A stretch of 63,836 bases of DNA, filler included, from Octopus bimaculoides (lineage: Eukaryota): assembly GCF_001194135.2 (NCBI RefSeq). It is 8 parts of 8 records of this genome, joined end to end, with 100 filler letters (N's around TTAATTAATTAA, not from the genome) between each part and the next. Parts side by side here need not be neighbours in the genome. Positions count along the whole stretch, not along the records: positions 12,870 to 24,556 come from NC_068984.1; positions 24,657 to 30,419 come from NC_068985.1; 6 more parts are not named here. One strand, 5' to 3'. The position numbers were made by a program, and so were the translations under genes. Positions 13,143-27,003 of this stretch are shown one piece after another. Numbering within the stretch: the first letter of the stretch is position 1; the number at the start of each line of letters is the position of its first letter. The notes beneath the pieces are model-generated. The model was given only the letters and a program-made list of their open reading frames with translations. It was not told the origin of the DNA and did not search any database.

Positions 13143-13730
13143 TGTGTGTATCATTTACATGATTAATAAGTGCTTCCTAATATAAAATAAGTTCCTTTTA
13201 GATTGATATGCTAGATCGAGTATACAACAGGAAATATTTATATATTATTAATAGGTTTGAAAACAATGTAACGTAAAAGATAAATGGTAAATATAGTTTC
13301 AAACATGTATAATTGCGAAATATAAGATCATTTGCTATCATGTGTTCGCTACTTTTTCATTAAGGATGCAAATTTATACTTGTTAATGTAAAACATATAT
13401 ACCACGCAGGAACGGCTACTATAGTTATGAAAGAAGTTATCTGTACACAAACCAGCTGTAGAGCAGGAACGCTCATTTAGACACCGGAAATATTGAAGCA
13501 CTTATGTATATGTTATATCATGATATGTCATTAAAATTATTTACCAGCCACATAAAGTTCAGAAATTGAAGTCTCGAAACTAATCATTTCCTTCTAGTCG
13601 CGAATATCAAAGTGTTTACTCTTATGTTTCTAAATGTTAAAATTCAAATTTATTCGTTAATCCAACTGAATGAACATTAGTGGTTGTAAGCAAGAAGGAA
13701 AATATCTACGACATAGACACTTAGCTACTT

Positions 13731-13812
<82 letters not shown>

Positions 13813-14917
13813 NNNNNNNNNNNNNNNNNNNNNNNNNNNNNNNNNNNNNNNNNNNNNNNNNNNNNNNNNNNNNNNNNNNNNNNNNNNNNNNNNNNNNNNN
13901 NNNNNNNNNNNNNNNNNNNNNNNNNNNNNNNNNNNNNNNNNNNNNNNNNNNNNNNNNNNNNNNNNNNNNNNNNNNNNNNNNNNNNNNNNNNNNNNNNNNN
14001 NNNNNNNNNNNNNNNNNNNNNNNNNNNNNNNNNNNNNNNNNNNNNNNNNNNNNNNNNNNNNNNNNNNNNNNNNNNNNNNNNNNNNNNNNNNNNNNNNNNN
14101 NNNNNNNNNNNNNNNNNNNNNNNNNNNNNNNNNNNNNNNNNNNNNNNNNNNNNNNNNNNNNNNNNNNNNNNNNNNNNNNNNNNNNNNNNNNNNNNNNNNN
14201 NNNNNNNNNNNNNNNNNNNNNNNNNNNNNNNNNNNNNNNNNNNNNNNNNNNNNNNNNNNNNNNNNNNNNNNNNNNNNNNNNNNNNNNNNNNNNNNNNNNN
14301 NNNNNNNNNNNNNNNNNNNNNNNNNNNNNNNNTGCAACAATAACTTCTTTCATACATTCACCAAGAGCACGTTTATTTGAAAAGTTTAGTCGGAAGTGAT
14401 CGTACACACTATGAAAAAAATTCTTCCATAGTCATTAGTAACATCCTGATAAAAGATTTTATAACTTTTTTCAAAATATTTTCCTTTTTTAAAGTCCTCT
14501 TTATACTTAAAATCCGCATTAAGTCAATTTCAAAAAGACTTTGGAATATATATATTCAAATCTTAAACATTTTTCAGTTTCAAAGCTGCGGTCATGCTGG
14601 AGCACCACTGTTGACTGCGCTACACCATTATGCGAAACCTCCTATGATATGTGGCATTTGGTTAATGAGAGAGTAGGATGCTGCTGCCCTCATCTGTGTT
14701 TCCTTACGTGAGGTAGACTCATCTGGAACCCTTGACAGGAAGAGTGCGTGGCTGTTTACTACAGGGCACTGTCAAGTTGCTCACTATCATTATATAAAAT
14801 GAATAAAGTATATAGCGTAATTTAGCCCTTGAAAACTTCGATGGGGTAACTGTCTCTTCTGTCGCTTCTGAATAAAATATGCGTGCATTCGCTCACAAAC
14901 TATCTAACAGTTATTAT

Positions 14918-15030
14918 ACACGAAGGGTTGCTTAAATGTTCCAGGTTTTAGGAGTATCACGGAAGGCGTGGTTGTAGGCGGCACAACCTTCCGAATTCTT
15001 TTATAGGTCTTAGAGCATACAAGCCTATAT
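14918..15030 (+). mobile_element. Possible mariner-type terminal inverted repeat fragment
   Basis: TA-CACGAAGGGTTGCTTAAATGTTCC resembles TA-CGAGGG..GCTGAAAAGTTCC mariner ends. No partner end found. Confidence 0.35.
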
Positions 15031-15075
15031 AACATATATTATATATATATACATATTTCCAAACACACGCACTCA

Positions 15076-15158
<83 letters not shown>

Positions 15159-15300
15159 TTATGTATGTACATATGTTCTGGGTCCTCGAGAAACACTCTA
15201 TTGCGCTTCTAAGATCGATTACACTGTAAACCTCCAGGAGAGCCGTTCGGCAACAGTTTTCTCGCTGTGGATAAACTTATGTGAGCACTCGGAGATGTTC

Positions 15301-15490
15301 TGCAGACTTTGTGGAGTTAACGCCGAAGATATCATCCACATTATAAGTAGTCGTCCGAAAATGTCATCATGGTGTTTTCTACCGATGAGACGCGATGCTG
15401 TAATGAAATCCGTCTAAAAGATAACCCTGAGGACAAAGAAATAAGAACCCACAATATGGTAAAATCCATAGTCACTCATTCTAAACAGGA
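15301..15490 (+). mobile_element. Fragment of an RLE-type non-LTR retrotransposon (CCHC zinc-knuckle region), degenerate
   Basis: Translates CRLCGVNAEDIIHIISSRPKMSSWCFLPMRRD, i.e. C-x2-C-x8-H-x4-(C to R) followed by an RHD-like motif. After a small deletion it continues NEIRLKDNPEDKEIRTHNMV. Confidence 0.65.
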
Positions 15491-15864
15491 ACGGAATAAA
15501 CACATTCCAATGAATGATATTCATACAAGCATATACACACTTAGATACCACCATATCATAACATATTCTTACTAAAATGATCATGTATGAAACAAGACAG
15601 CATCACAAGCCGTTCAGGGGGAAATCCTCCTTAACCAAAATATATAGTTCCAAATGTATAGTCCCGCAAACTCAGACGATACAAAGACACACATAAGTTG
15701 ACAGACAGACATATCCTTATTTTTTTATAACCATACAATTACACAATTACACACGTACTCATCTTCGTGGTAAACCATCATAGTACCACCTTGAGGAAGG
15801 TATAAAACACAAATCACAGAACACGCATGCTTCATCTTATACGGCTTTCATCTTTCCTCTTTTA

Positions 15865-16417
15865 CTTGGTTCAGACATTTCTTCCTACAGTCATGCTAGG
15901 CATTATTACGGCTATGCTAGGACGAATCGATGCTAGGACGAATCGATGCTAGGACTTACTTTTTGAAACCTCGTACTTATTCTATGGGTCTTTTTTTTTT
16001 CTAGCAACCCCTAAGTTACAGGAAAGTAAGCACTAACAGTGGTTGTTAAGTGGTGATGGGGGTGAGATTAACATAGAAACAAAGGTACACATATAGATAT
16101 ATACATATACANNNNNNNNNNNNNNNNNNNNNNNNNNNNNNNNNNNNNNNNNNNNNNNNNNNNNNNNNNNNNNNNNNNNNNNNNNNNNNNNNNNNNNNNN
16201 NNNNNNNNNNNNNNNNNNNNNNNNNNNNNNNNNNNNNNNNNNNNNNNNNNNNNNNNNNNNNNNNNNNNNNNNNNNNNNNNNNNNNNNNNNNNNNNNNNNN
16301 NNNNNNNNNNNNNNNNNNNNNNNNNNNNNNNNNNNNNNNNNNNNNNNNNNNNNNNNNNNNNNNNNNNNNNNNNNNNNNNNNNNNNNNNNNNNNNNNNNNN
16401 NNNNNNNNNNNNNNNNN

Positions 16418-16452
<35 letters not shown>

Positions 16453-16590
16453 CAACGGGCTTCTTTCAGTTTCTTTCTCCCAAATCAATTCACGAGGCTA
16501 TGATCAAGCTGAATTTATAGTAGAAGACATTTGCTCGAGGTCCCATTAAGTGGGACTAAACCCAGGACCATTTGATTGAAAGGCAATACT
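15865..16590 (-). mobile_element. SINE family A, full length, internal microsatellite spanning an N gap
   Basis: 3' half at 15865-16100, gap, then head (ACGGGCTTCTTTCAGTTT...GTGGGACTAAACCCAGGACCAT) to about 16590. Confidence 0.75.
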
Positions 16591-19500
16591 TATATCCACG
16601 CACATATAGACACAACTAACATGAACGCGCACAAGATGCATGCACATCTCTATGTTATAGACCCTTGTCACATGCACAACAACAAAGCAACAAATCGCTG
16701 CATCTGTGTGATGCATGCGACTTGTAGCAAACCTGAACGGAATAAACGTATTCCCAGGAATGATACTCATAGAGGCATATACACACCTAGATACCACTAT
16801 ATCATAACATATTCTTACTACAGTGATCATGTATGACACAAGACAGCATCACAATCCCTTTCAGGGGGAAATACGCGCCCATACACAGATGCATGTACAC
16901 TTCCTTACATTATACATGTGCTTCTATTGAACTCGAATAATATGCAAATATATCCCTAGTTAAACAGAACTTCGTACACATTCAGTTGTTGTTATGCAAA
17001 CAAAACACACACGGAATATATGGGCAAATAACAACACAAGTACGAATGTGAAAAAAAAAACAAAAACATACGCACATACCTCGTAACACAACAATTATGC
17101 AGAGTAAATTTTCAATATGCACGCACGAAAATAAACATAAACAAGTATGACACTTTACTGTACGTAACTGAGCTGCACAATCAGAAACAAATACACGATG
17201 GTACACACCGGTTCACATTTACTTATTAAACTTGTTTCCTTCTGACCTACTTGAAGTCGCTCTATCTTACTTTCAATTTAACTCCACACATAAACAAATC
17301 TTATTTTTGTCTCCTCTCCTTAACAGGCTTTCCTTTCTGATTAGTCTGTCGATGAGCCTTGGTTCAAAATGTCACTCACTGTCCGTACAATACACTTCAT
17401 TTTCTTTCAATATTGATAAATATGTTTTGTTGTGATTAAAATTTAGGTTGTACCATTCTTGTCATTATGGTAAACATCCACACATATACATCCATGTTTA
17501 TGTGTAGGCTGACTTTTATAGGCACACATACACACATTCAAATAATGTACGAACGCATAATGTGTATGTTTTAGTGTGAATTTGTATAAAGCACGATATT
17601 TTGCGGTTTTGCGCATGTTTCTGAAGCCAGAATAGTGTTAGAAATAATTTACTTTGATAAAATGCGTACCAAATAATATACTATAAACGTTTGACCGCAA
17701 TTACTAATTAGTTATTCATAGAAATAAAGAAATATATACATTTTTGTAATGTTTTAATAATAATTATAATGGCATCAGTGAACTAGAAGAAATAAAAGAA
17801 AAAGAGAAGTAATAGAGATCACAGATGTTGCTTATTAACGACATTAATACCCGCACACCTGCAGCTGACTATTTCCTTCACATTTCCTTAGATCTTCATG
17901 AACTCACATATGATATTATATAGAAGTAATTTACAACAAAAATTGGAAGAATATGTATATATATATATATATACACATATGTGAAATAATGATCATACAT
18001 AAAGACAGGTACGTACACACACCCCGTACACACGCACATACGTGCATACATTCTTATTAAGATACGCAGACATATAATTATTACTTTACAGATATGTTCA
18101 CGTATTTGCAAACATTCACGCGTCGACACAAAACAGGTACCTTTCTTTTTCTCTTCTTTCTTTTTTTCCTTTTCTCTCATATATACATATATATATATAT
18201 ATNNNNNNNNNNNNNNNNNNNNNNNNNNNNNNNNNNNNNNNNNNNNNNNNNNNNNNNNNNNNNNNNNNNNNNNNNNNNNNNNNNNNNNNNNNNNNNNNNN
18301 NNNNNNNNNNNNNNNNNNNNNNNNNNNNNNNNNNNNNNNNNNNNNNNNNNNNNNNNNNNNNNNNNNNNNNNNNNNNNNNNNNNNNNNNNNNNNNNNNNNN
18401 NNNNNNNNNNNNNNNNNNNNNNNNNNNNNNNNNNNNNNNNNNNNNNNNNNNNNNNNNNNNNNNNNNNNNNNNNNNNNNNNNNNNNNNNNNNNNNNNNNNN
18501 NNNNNNNNNNNNNNNNNNNNNNNNNNNNNNNNNNNNNNNNNNNNNNNNNNNNNNNNNNNNNNNNNNNNNNNNNNNNNNNNNNNNNNNNNNNNNNNNNNNN
18601 NNNNNNNNNNNNNNNNNNNNNNNNNNNNNNNNNNNNNNNNNNNNNNNNNNNNNNNNNNNNNNNNNNNNNNNNNNNNNNNNNNNNNNNNNNNNNNNNNNNN
18701 NNNNNNNNNNNNNNNNNNNNNNNNNNNNNNNNNNNNNNNNNNNNNNNNNNNNNNNNNNNNNNNNNNNNNNNNNNNNNNNNNNNNNNNNNNNNNNNNNNNN
18801 NNNNNNNNNNNNNNNNNNNNNNNNNNNNNNNNNNNNNNNNNNNNNNNNNNNNNNNNNNNNNNNNNNNNNNNNNNNNNNNNNNNNNNNNNNNNNNATATAT
18901 ATACGTATATATACATATATATATATAGTTATACATACATATATATATATATATATATATGTGTGTGTAAGTATATATACATATATTACCTCTATATACA
19001 TGCAAATATACATATATATGTGTGTCTGTGTGTGTGTATTTGTGTTTGCCTGTGTGCATTCGAAAAGAGCATTTAGTACATGATGCAAAGTTTTACTTTT
19101 GCATTAACCATTCATTATTCACTCTCTTACTCGAATATTTACACGTAGGAATTGTTCATGTAATTAACCAAGCAATATCTGAAGAATGCTGTTACGTTTC
19201 TTGCATTTTGTTTTTAAACAACGCATTAGTTATGTCGATTCTTGTCGTTCAAAATCGAAAGTTCAAAATCTGCCTTAATTAAATATTATGCAGATTACTC
19301 ATGCTTATTGCTTTCATTATATCTTCAAGCTGTTTTAATACGTAGAATTCTCTATTAAATTGTGAATATCATCTTTTATTGAAATTTCATATAGCCTTAT
19401 CAGCAATTTTTCAAGTTTACGGATGGGAATCGTTAAGAGTCTGTGGATAAATTGCAAGAGTGCATTTGTATTTTTTCAACTGTCCATCTCAGCTAAATTA

Positions 19501-21620
19501 CCATTTCAATTCATTCTTCTCCTTTTCGTGTAGTTTGGTTTTCTTTGGCTCCATGTGACATGTCGTAAATAATATAAATTACTTAGACATTGACTTGAGG
19601 CTGTCACTGATTTTCAGCATTCAGATGTCGTCTGGATGATTGAGCATATGTGCATCGCCCGATAGCTTAGAGCCCTTGGATGCAGATTGTTTGGAATGTC
19701 GTACAAATGGAATCTAATATATATATATATATATACTTTATTTAAAAGCAGCAGAAATATAACAAAAAAACCGTTNNNNNNNNNNNNNNNNNNNNNNNNN
19801 NNNNNNNNNNNNNNNNNNNNNNNNNNNNNNNNNNNNNNNNNNNNNNNNNNNNNNNNNNNNNNNNNNNNNNNNNNNNNNNNNNNNNNNNNNNNNNNNNNNN
19901 NNNNNNNNNNNNNNNNNNNNNNNNNNNNNNNNNNNNNNNNNNNNNNNNNNNNNNNNNNNNNNNNNNNNNNNNNNNNNNNNNNNNNNNNNNNNNNNNNNNN
20001 NNNNNNNNNNNNNNNNNNNNNNNNNNNNNNNNNNNNNNNNNNNNNNNNNNNNNNNNNNNNNNNNNNNNNNNNNNNNNNNNNNNNNNNNNNNNNNNNNNNN
20101 NNNNNNNNNNNNNNNNNNNNNNNNNNNNNNNNNNNNNNNNNNNNNNNNNNNNNNNNNNNNNNNNNNNNNNNNNNNNNNNNNNNNNNNNNNNNNNNNNNNN
20201 NNNNNNNNNNNNNNNNNNNNNNNNNNNNNNNNNNNNNNNNNNNNNNNNNNNNNNNNNNNNNNNNNNNNNNNNNNNNNNNNNNNNNNNNNNNNNNNNNNNN
20301 NNNNNNNNNNNNNNNNNNNNNNNNNNNNNNNNNNNNNNNNNNNNNNNNNNNNNNNNNNNNNNNNNNNNNNNNNNNNNNNNNNNNNNNNNNNNNNNNNNNN
20401 NNNNNNNNNNNNNNNNNNNNNNNNNNNNNNNNNNNNNNNNNNNNNNNNNNNNNNNNNNNNNNNNNNNNNNNNNNNCCGGACTTGTGTTTGGGAGGGTAAC
20501 TTTCTAAGTGCAATCACATGGTCAGTCATGACCGAAAGGAATCTCAGCATATATGTACATTAATATATATTTGTGTGTGTTTCTGTTTGTATGTATATGC
20601 ATCACCTTTAGTTAGGAAAAAAAAAACTAATTACTGCTAAAAGCAGCAGGCATTAAAACAATATATGCGATTTTATATTCAGTTTTATTATGAGAATTCA
20701 AATAAAGTTTTTAATTGTAACACCCTCCCCAGAATAATCCAGGCGGTTTTTGTTTTGTATTTGTCTTTGTTCTTTGTGTGTTTTGAGTTTGTTTTGTTTT
20801 ATTTTTTACAGTTTCTCCCTTGACGTTTAGAAAATCAGACGCTGACTGTCGCCAGCAAGCTTTCAGCAACAATCCCACAAAAACTCGAGACATCTTTCGA
20901 AATCACTTGAGCTCTTAGCAATAAAAAAAATTTGTGCGGTATTTTTTCACTGTATATGAGAATTTAAGGCAAGTAATGTGAAAAAAGAATTGAGATTACA
21001 TAAACATTAAATTTACTTGTGCCACATATTAAATTCACATAATATTTCTAAACTACTTCTGTAAGCGTCTATTCCTAAAAATCCGGATGGTTTGTACATG
21101 CAAGGAATCACGCTCTCTTCCCAACATATACATATGCACATACAAACATATTTATGTGCGTATGTGTGTGCACGCGCGTGTACATATCAACCTCCCCATT
21201 TGTCTCTCTCTCACTCTACATATACATATACATATATATATATGTGTGTGGGGGGGTGTCTATATAATATACATATATACATACATACAAACATAATACA
21301 TACGTACATGCATGCATCCATCCATCCATACATAGATACGCACATACATACATACATACGTATATGGAATAGCTCATCTCATATAAAAGCAACTGAATTA
21401 GAGCTAAGTGGAGTTTTTCGCTAAAACATTCAATCCGTACGATATAGCTATCTGCTCACCATATATTTTTTGTAAGTGTCCTGTCTTTATTTCCAATCGT
21501 CTTCATATCTGAATCAAGATTTTCATTTATACACACACACACATGCACGCACGCATAAACACACGCACGCATACACACACACACATATACATAAATAACT
21601 TCATATATATNNNNNNNNNN

Positions 21621-21668
<48 letters not shown>

Positions 21669-21789
21669 TACACATATATATGTGTGTGTGTGTGTGTGTG
21701 TATGTATAAGGATGTATATCTATACACATACATACACACACTAATATGTATATATACAAAGAGAGTGAGAGTGAGTGAGAGAGAGAGAG

Positions 21790-21830
<41 letters not shown>

Positions 21831-22332
21831 TATATAGATATGTAACAATTCAATCTGGATATAAACCTTGTAGTTCGTGTTAGAAAGACTGTCTAACGGT
21901 ATCGCCTGTAAGACACCGTTTTGGAGCGAAAGTCGATCGTATTATACAAGATACATTTTGAAGTCCCTGAATATCCGTAGAGTATATATACAAAAGTAAA
22001 CAAAAGAAAACTTAATAACGTTGCAGTATTTCAAGGCAAAGGCAAAAGGTATATCTCAGCTCTCCCCAACTTAACGTGGACTCTCACGAAAAAGACAATG
22101 CAACACAACTACCGGTCTCTGATAAAAACTGCGCATCGCACGATGTGAACTCCAGATTATGCAAGCTTCATTTAATGGCAACTAATGGCTATTACAATGT
22201 GATACTGCCTTAATTTATTAAACTGTATGTATATGATCGATTTTTACTGATTTATTTATATTTCTATACATCGACACTTCGAATTCGCTAAAAAGTTTGA
22301 GCAGAATGCACCCACATTCAAAGAGGGGGGTA

Positions 22333-22376
<44 letters not shown>

Positions 22377-23852
22377 TTATTTGTACGAGAGAATGCAGTA
22401 TTCCACAAAAAAAGATAAATAAAACTGTTCGCATAAAGAAAGGACAATTTAAATAATAGGGGATATCAATTGTACTTTGCAAATCGTAAGATATTCAATC
22501 ATATGTATCGGTAACAGACATTTCGGTTAAATATTCTTGAGTATAATTTGAAATATTCAGTCGCGCGTACTGAAATCTAGCATGTTTACGTCTACAGCAA
22601 AAAGCATATTTTATTCATGAGTTACGTTTCACATAATGTGTATTGAACCCTAAATCTGAACAATACTTAGCAATCATCCATGCATATTTCATCCATTAGA
22701 TATACATTTGATCAAATGTACATATGAATTAAAATAAAATAGTATTGCAGACACATACAGTCAATATAAATATTACATTGTATAGAAAATACGATTTAAA
22801 TTAATTTCTTTGAGATTGTAATAGGTATTGAACTATAATGGACCAATGGAACTTTGGAAATAGAACTTCATGTTGATTATATTTTTTGTCTGAGTGAATT
22901 CAAATCACATTTACAGACACATGTCCCACATTGAGGACTGAATTTCATGTACCTTCGCCGCGAATTCTACTATGTAAAAGAAAATTAGATTTATTGGCAT
23001 AATAATTACAATATAGTTGACAGAGACGGAATTTCGATAGGATTTAGCGAATATTATCTTGATTAAAGTAACGCAAATAAAGTCACCAACATTAACTATC
23101 GTTGCTCTAAGACTTGATTAATGTCATAATAGTGTATGCTACACCAAAACACCAATGCATTGAACACGGGTTCTAGTAGAACTCATCTTCCACCAATAGT
23201 ATATAGACGAATGTTAATTGCTCCACTTTAATTACACATATTTTTCTGTATTGTAGCCATAGTTAATATAAAGCTGATTTCTTTGATCGTAGTTGATAAA
23301 TAGTTTGATTGATTTTAGTTAACACATAGTATTTAAGAGGATGACTAGTAATTTGCCTTTGAAAATAGTCGCATCTATTAGTATCTCATGATTTCTTTTG
23401 ATTATAATTTAGTATTTCGGAAGTTAAATATTAAGCATCTAACACGCCGCGGTTTGTATCTCAATAAGATCATTGGTGGTTAATAAGATTGTAATTTTCC
23501 GGACCATTAACCTCATCATCAGAGTTTATATTTACAACAACTTTAGGTACACGCTTGACCAGTTTTGATGTTCAGTGTCATCTTGTGTCATATCAATGGA
23601 TGAGTACATGCGACAGTAGCCTTGTGGAAGAGAATACTATATCCATATATTAAACATGACATTCTATAGTTCAAGTCCACTCCGTGAATATTAAAGCTGC
23701 TGGTAATCGGATATTAATTAGGAAATTAGTAGTTCAAATACATAATGCATGATATATATATATAGATATATATATATACACATATAGTAACAACAACAAC
23801 AACAACAACAACAAAAACAATTGTAATAATAATAAGAAGAATAATAAGAATA

Positions 23853-24556
23853 AATTGCTGCACAAGACCAAAGCCTCCCCACCAGAAATTACCAAAAACA
23901 TAATGAAAAGAAACATAACAAGTAACTGCAGAATATATGGCGATGGACAAGAAACAATAAATCATATTAATTCTGGCTGCCCTGCCCTGGCTATGAAGGA
24001 ATATATTCACAGACACGACAGAGCTGGGACCTATAAACACTGGAAGCTATGCCAACACTATGGAATAACAACAGAAAGCGAGAAAGCAACCATAGTCTGA
24101 GATATGCCAATACACACATATTGAGAAATTAAGGCCAATAGACCAGATATAGTTGTCAAAGATCATGAAGGAAAAAAAATGCTTTCTAATTGATGTATGA
24201 ATACCAGCTGATGACGACGTTTCCCTAAAAGAAATGGAGAAACTTTCAAAATACAAAGACCCGAAAATAGAGGTAACTCGAATATTGAATCTAAAAACAG
24301 AAACAATTCCTATCATAGTAGGTGCCTTAGGTATAATTAAAAAAATATTCAGACAAATACATTAGAAAAACACCAGAACTTACAAATATATATAACATAC
24401 AGAAAATTGCACTACTGGGCACTGCACACATCCTACGCAAAACACTTTCAATACAGTAACCATAAGAGCATCACAGCAAACGACAGCACATACCCAAGGC
24501 ACACAGAGCTGCGCTCGGTAGTGAAGTGAAAGCACGTTATAAAAATAAAACTACTG
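23853..24556 (+). mobile_element. 5'-truncated RLE-type (R4/Dong-like) non-LTR retrotransposon: zinc knuckle, PD-(D/E)xK endonuclease and 3' UTR
   Basis: IAAQDQSLPTRNYQKH / MKRNITSNCRIYGDGQETINHINSGCP..RHD..HWKLC / EIKANRPDIVVKD..CFLIDV*IPADDDVSLKEMEKLSKYKD..PIIVGALG..ILRKTLSIQ* (stop 24457-24459), then 3' UTR to the gap. Several stops and frameshifts. Confidence 0.9.
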
Positions 24557-24780
24557 NNNNNNNNNNNNNNNNNNNNNNNNNNNNNNNNNNNNNNNNNNNN
24601 TTAATTAATTAANNNNNNNNNNNNNNNNNNNNNNNNNNNNNNNNNNNNNNNNNNNNAAACTAACAGATAGACAGACCGTCGAACTAACAGATATCGTTCT
24701 TTTATTAGCCACACAGGGCTGCACACAAAGGGGACAAATACAACTGTAGAGCTTTTCTTTACTAACAGATAGACAGACCG

Positions 24781-24782
24781 AC

Positions 24783-24852
<70 letters not shown>

Positions 24853-24911
24853 GCAGGCAGGCAGGCAGACAGACTGACTGGCAGACAGACAGACAGACAG
24901 ACAGATGGATG

Positions 24912-24972
<61 letters not shown>

Positions 24973-24995
24973 GTAGATAGATTGATAGATAGATG
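24781..24995. repeat. Compound tetranucleotide microsatellite (AGAT/AGAC/AGGC)
   Basis: Read directly. A similar (AGAT)n run lies at 32683-32750. Confidence 0.95.
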
Positions 24996-26532
24996 CATTA
25001 AAAATATAGTGAAATTTTTACAACATTCTATTGTTTTATTATAATGCTGATTTTTATATGGCCATTCCATCGTATACATCTATTGCAATTCAATAATTGA
25101 ATAACAACACCTTTCAAATATTTTTAATCCAAGAATCCCAGTTGTCGGTGGCATTAAATTTTCAGACGTTTTACAGCCTGCGGGAAAATAGTTGTAAAAT
25201 TTACTACTTAACAAAATCAACACTGTTAGACGTATAGAGGTAGAGGATGTGTACAACGCTGCAGCGTTGGCCTTTATTTAATCTCCTCAGATAATACTCT
25301 CTGATGACATGAATCATAGAGACCGATGGCTACAGATTCGGTTGTGAGATTAAGATGCGATTATTGAATGACATTACTTGAACTACGGTACCTGTATCTT
25401 TCTCAAAATGTCCACCACACATACCTCTAAGCCAAACGATTCCACGTACAAACCTGCCACTCAATACAGCACCTCTATATCGTAGCTCTCAGCAATGTTC
25501 ATGCTTCACACTTAAATGTTATATGAAGGATATTAACACTTTTATAATCTTGGCTAGTTGATTCCATGTAAATCAGCTCTTAAACATGAGAATCAATCAG
25601 TTTATCTTGTTGAAAATCAGGATTAAATTAATGCCATCAATGCTGTTGTTAATTTTATTTGTTTTTCTTAGTCAGCATTGAATATATGCGCATAAGTGAT
25701 CTAGTTACACAGGCATGCACACGCATACATGCATATGTACGAGCTTAGATGTACAGATATGTATACGTTTATACATGTATTTGTATATATATATATATAT
25801 ATATATATNNNNNNNNNNNNNNNNNNNNNNNNNNNNNNNNNNNNNNNNNNNNNNNNNNNNNNNNNNNNNNNNNNNNNNNNNNNNNNNNNNNNNNNNNNNN
25901 NNNNNNNNNNNNNNNNNNNNNNNNNNNNNNNNNNNNNNNNNNNNNNNNNNNNNNNNNNNNNNNNNNNNNNNNNNNNNNNNNNNNNNNNNNNNNNNNNNNN
26001 NNNNNNNNNNNNNNNNNNNNNNNNNNNNNNNNNNNNNNNNNNNNNNNNNNNNNNNNNNNNNNNNNNNNNNNNNNNNNNNNNNNNNNNNNNNNNNNNNNNN
26101 NNNNNNNNNNNNNNNNNNNNNNNNNNNNNNNNNNNNNNNNNNNNNNNNNNNNNNNNNNNNNNNNNNNNNNNNNNNNNNNNNNNNNNNNNNNNNNNNNNNN
26201 NNNNNNNNNNNNNNNNNNNNNNNNNNNNNNNNNNNNNNNNNNNNNNNNNNNNNNNNNNNNNNNNNNNNNNNNNNNNNNNNNNNNNNNNNNNNNNNNNNNN
26301 NNNNNNNNNNNNNNNNNNNNNNNNNNNNNNNNNNNNNNNNNNNNNNNNNNNNNNNNNNNNNNNNNNNNNNNNNNNNNNNNNNNNNNNNNNNNNNNNNNNN
26401 NNNNNNNNNNNNNNNNNNNNNGTATACGTATTTATATGTATATATATGCATACATTTATACATGTATAAGTATATATCATATATAAGTACATATAGATAT
26501 ATTACGTGTATATATATGTATACTTGTATGTT

Positions 26533-26563
<31 letters not shown>

Positions 26564-26968
26564 GTGTGTGTGTGTGTGTGTGTGTGAGTGTATACATATA
26601 TATATTTATATTTGTACATACATATATACATGTATTTGTGTATGTATACACACACACATACGTACATGCATACATACATACATACATACATACATACATA
26701 CATACATGCATGCATACACGCATACAAACATATATACTATTGCTGAAATAGGTAGTCGTGTGATTGACTTTTATGTCGATATACACGTTGCTTTTTCTAG
26801 TAATTGAAACCGACTCGTCTATGCCTCCTTGTAGTATCCCCTAAGTTATGCAGCACGATAAGATAAGACAGGATTAATATTAATTTACAACGATCATCTA
26901 CCTAGGCAATGTGATGATATATTTTATTTTGGTACAATATCAACAGATGAGTGGGTGTGTGTGTACAT

Positions 26969-27003
<35 letters not shown>

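Noticed and set aside
23480-23525. Minus-strand CUGAUGAUGAG..GGAAA hammerhead-like string; similar partial strings at about 25302 (+), 38415 (+), 43505 (+) and 8130 (-)
   Set aside because: Each lacks a GAAAC..UH helix III, the CUGAUGA box, or a helix I pairing.
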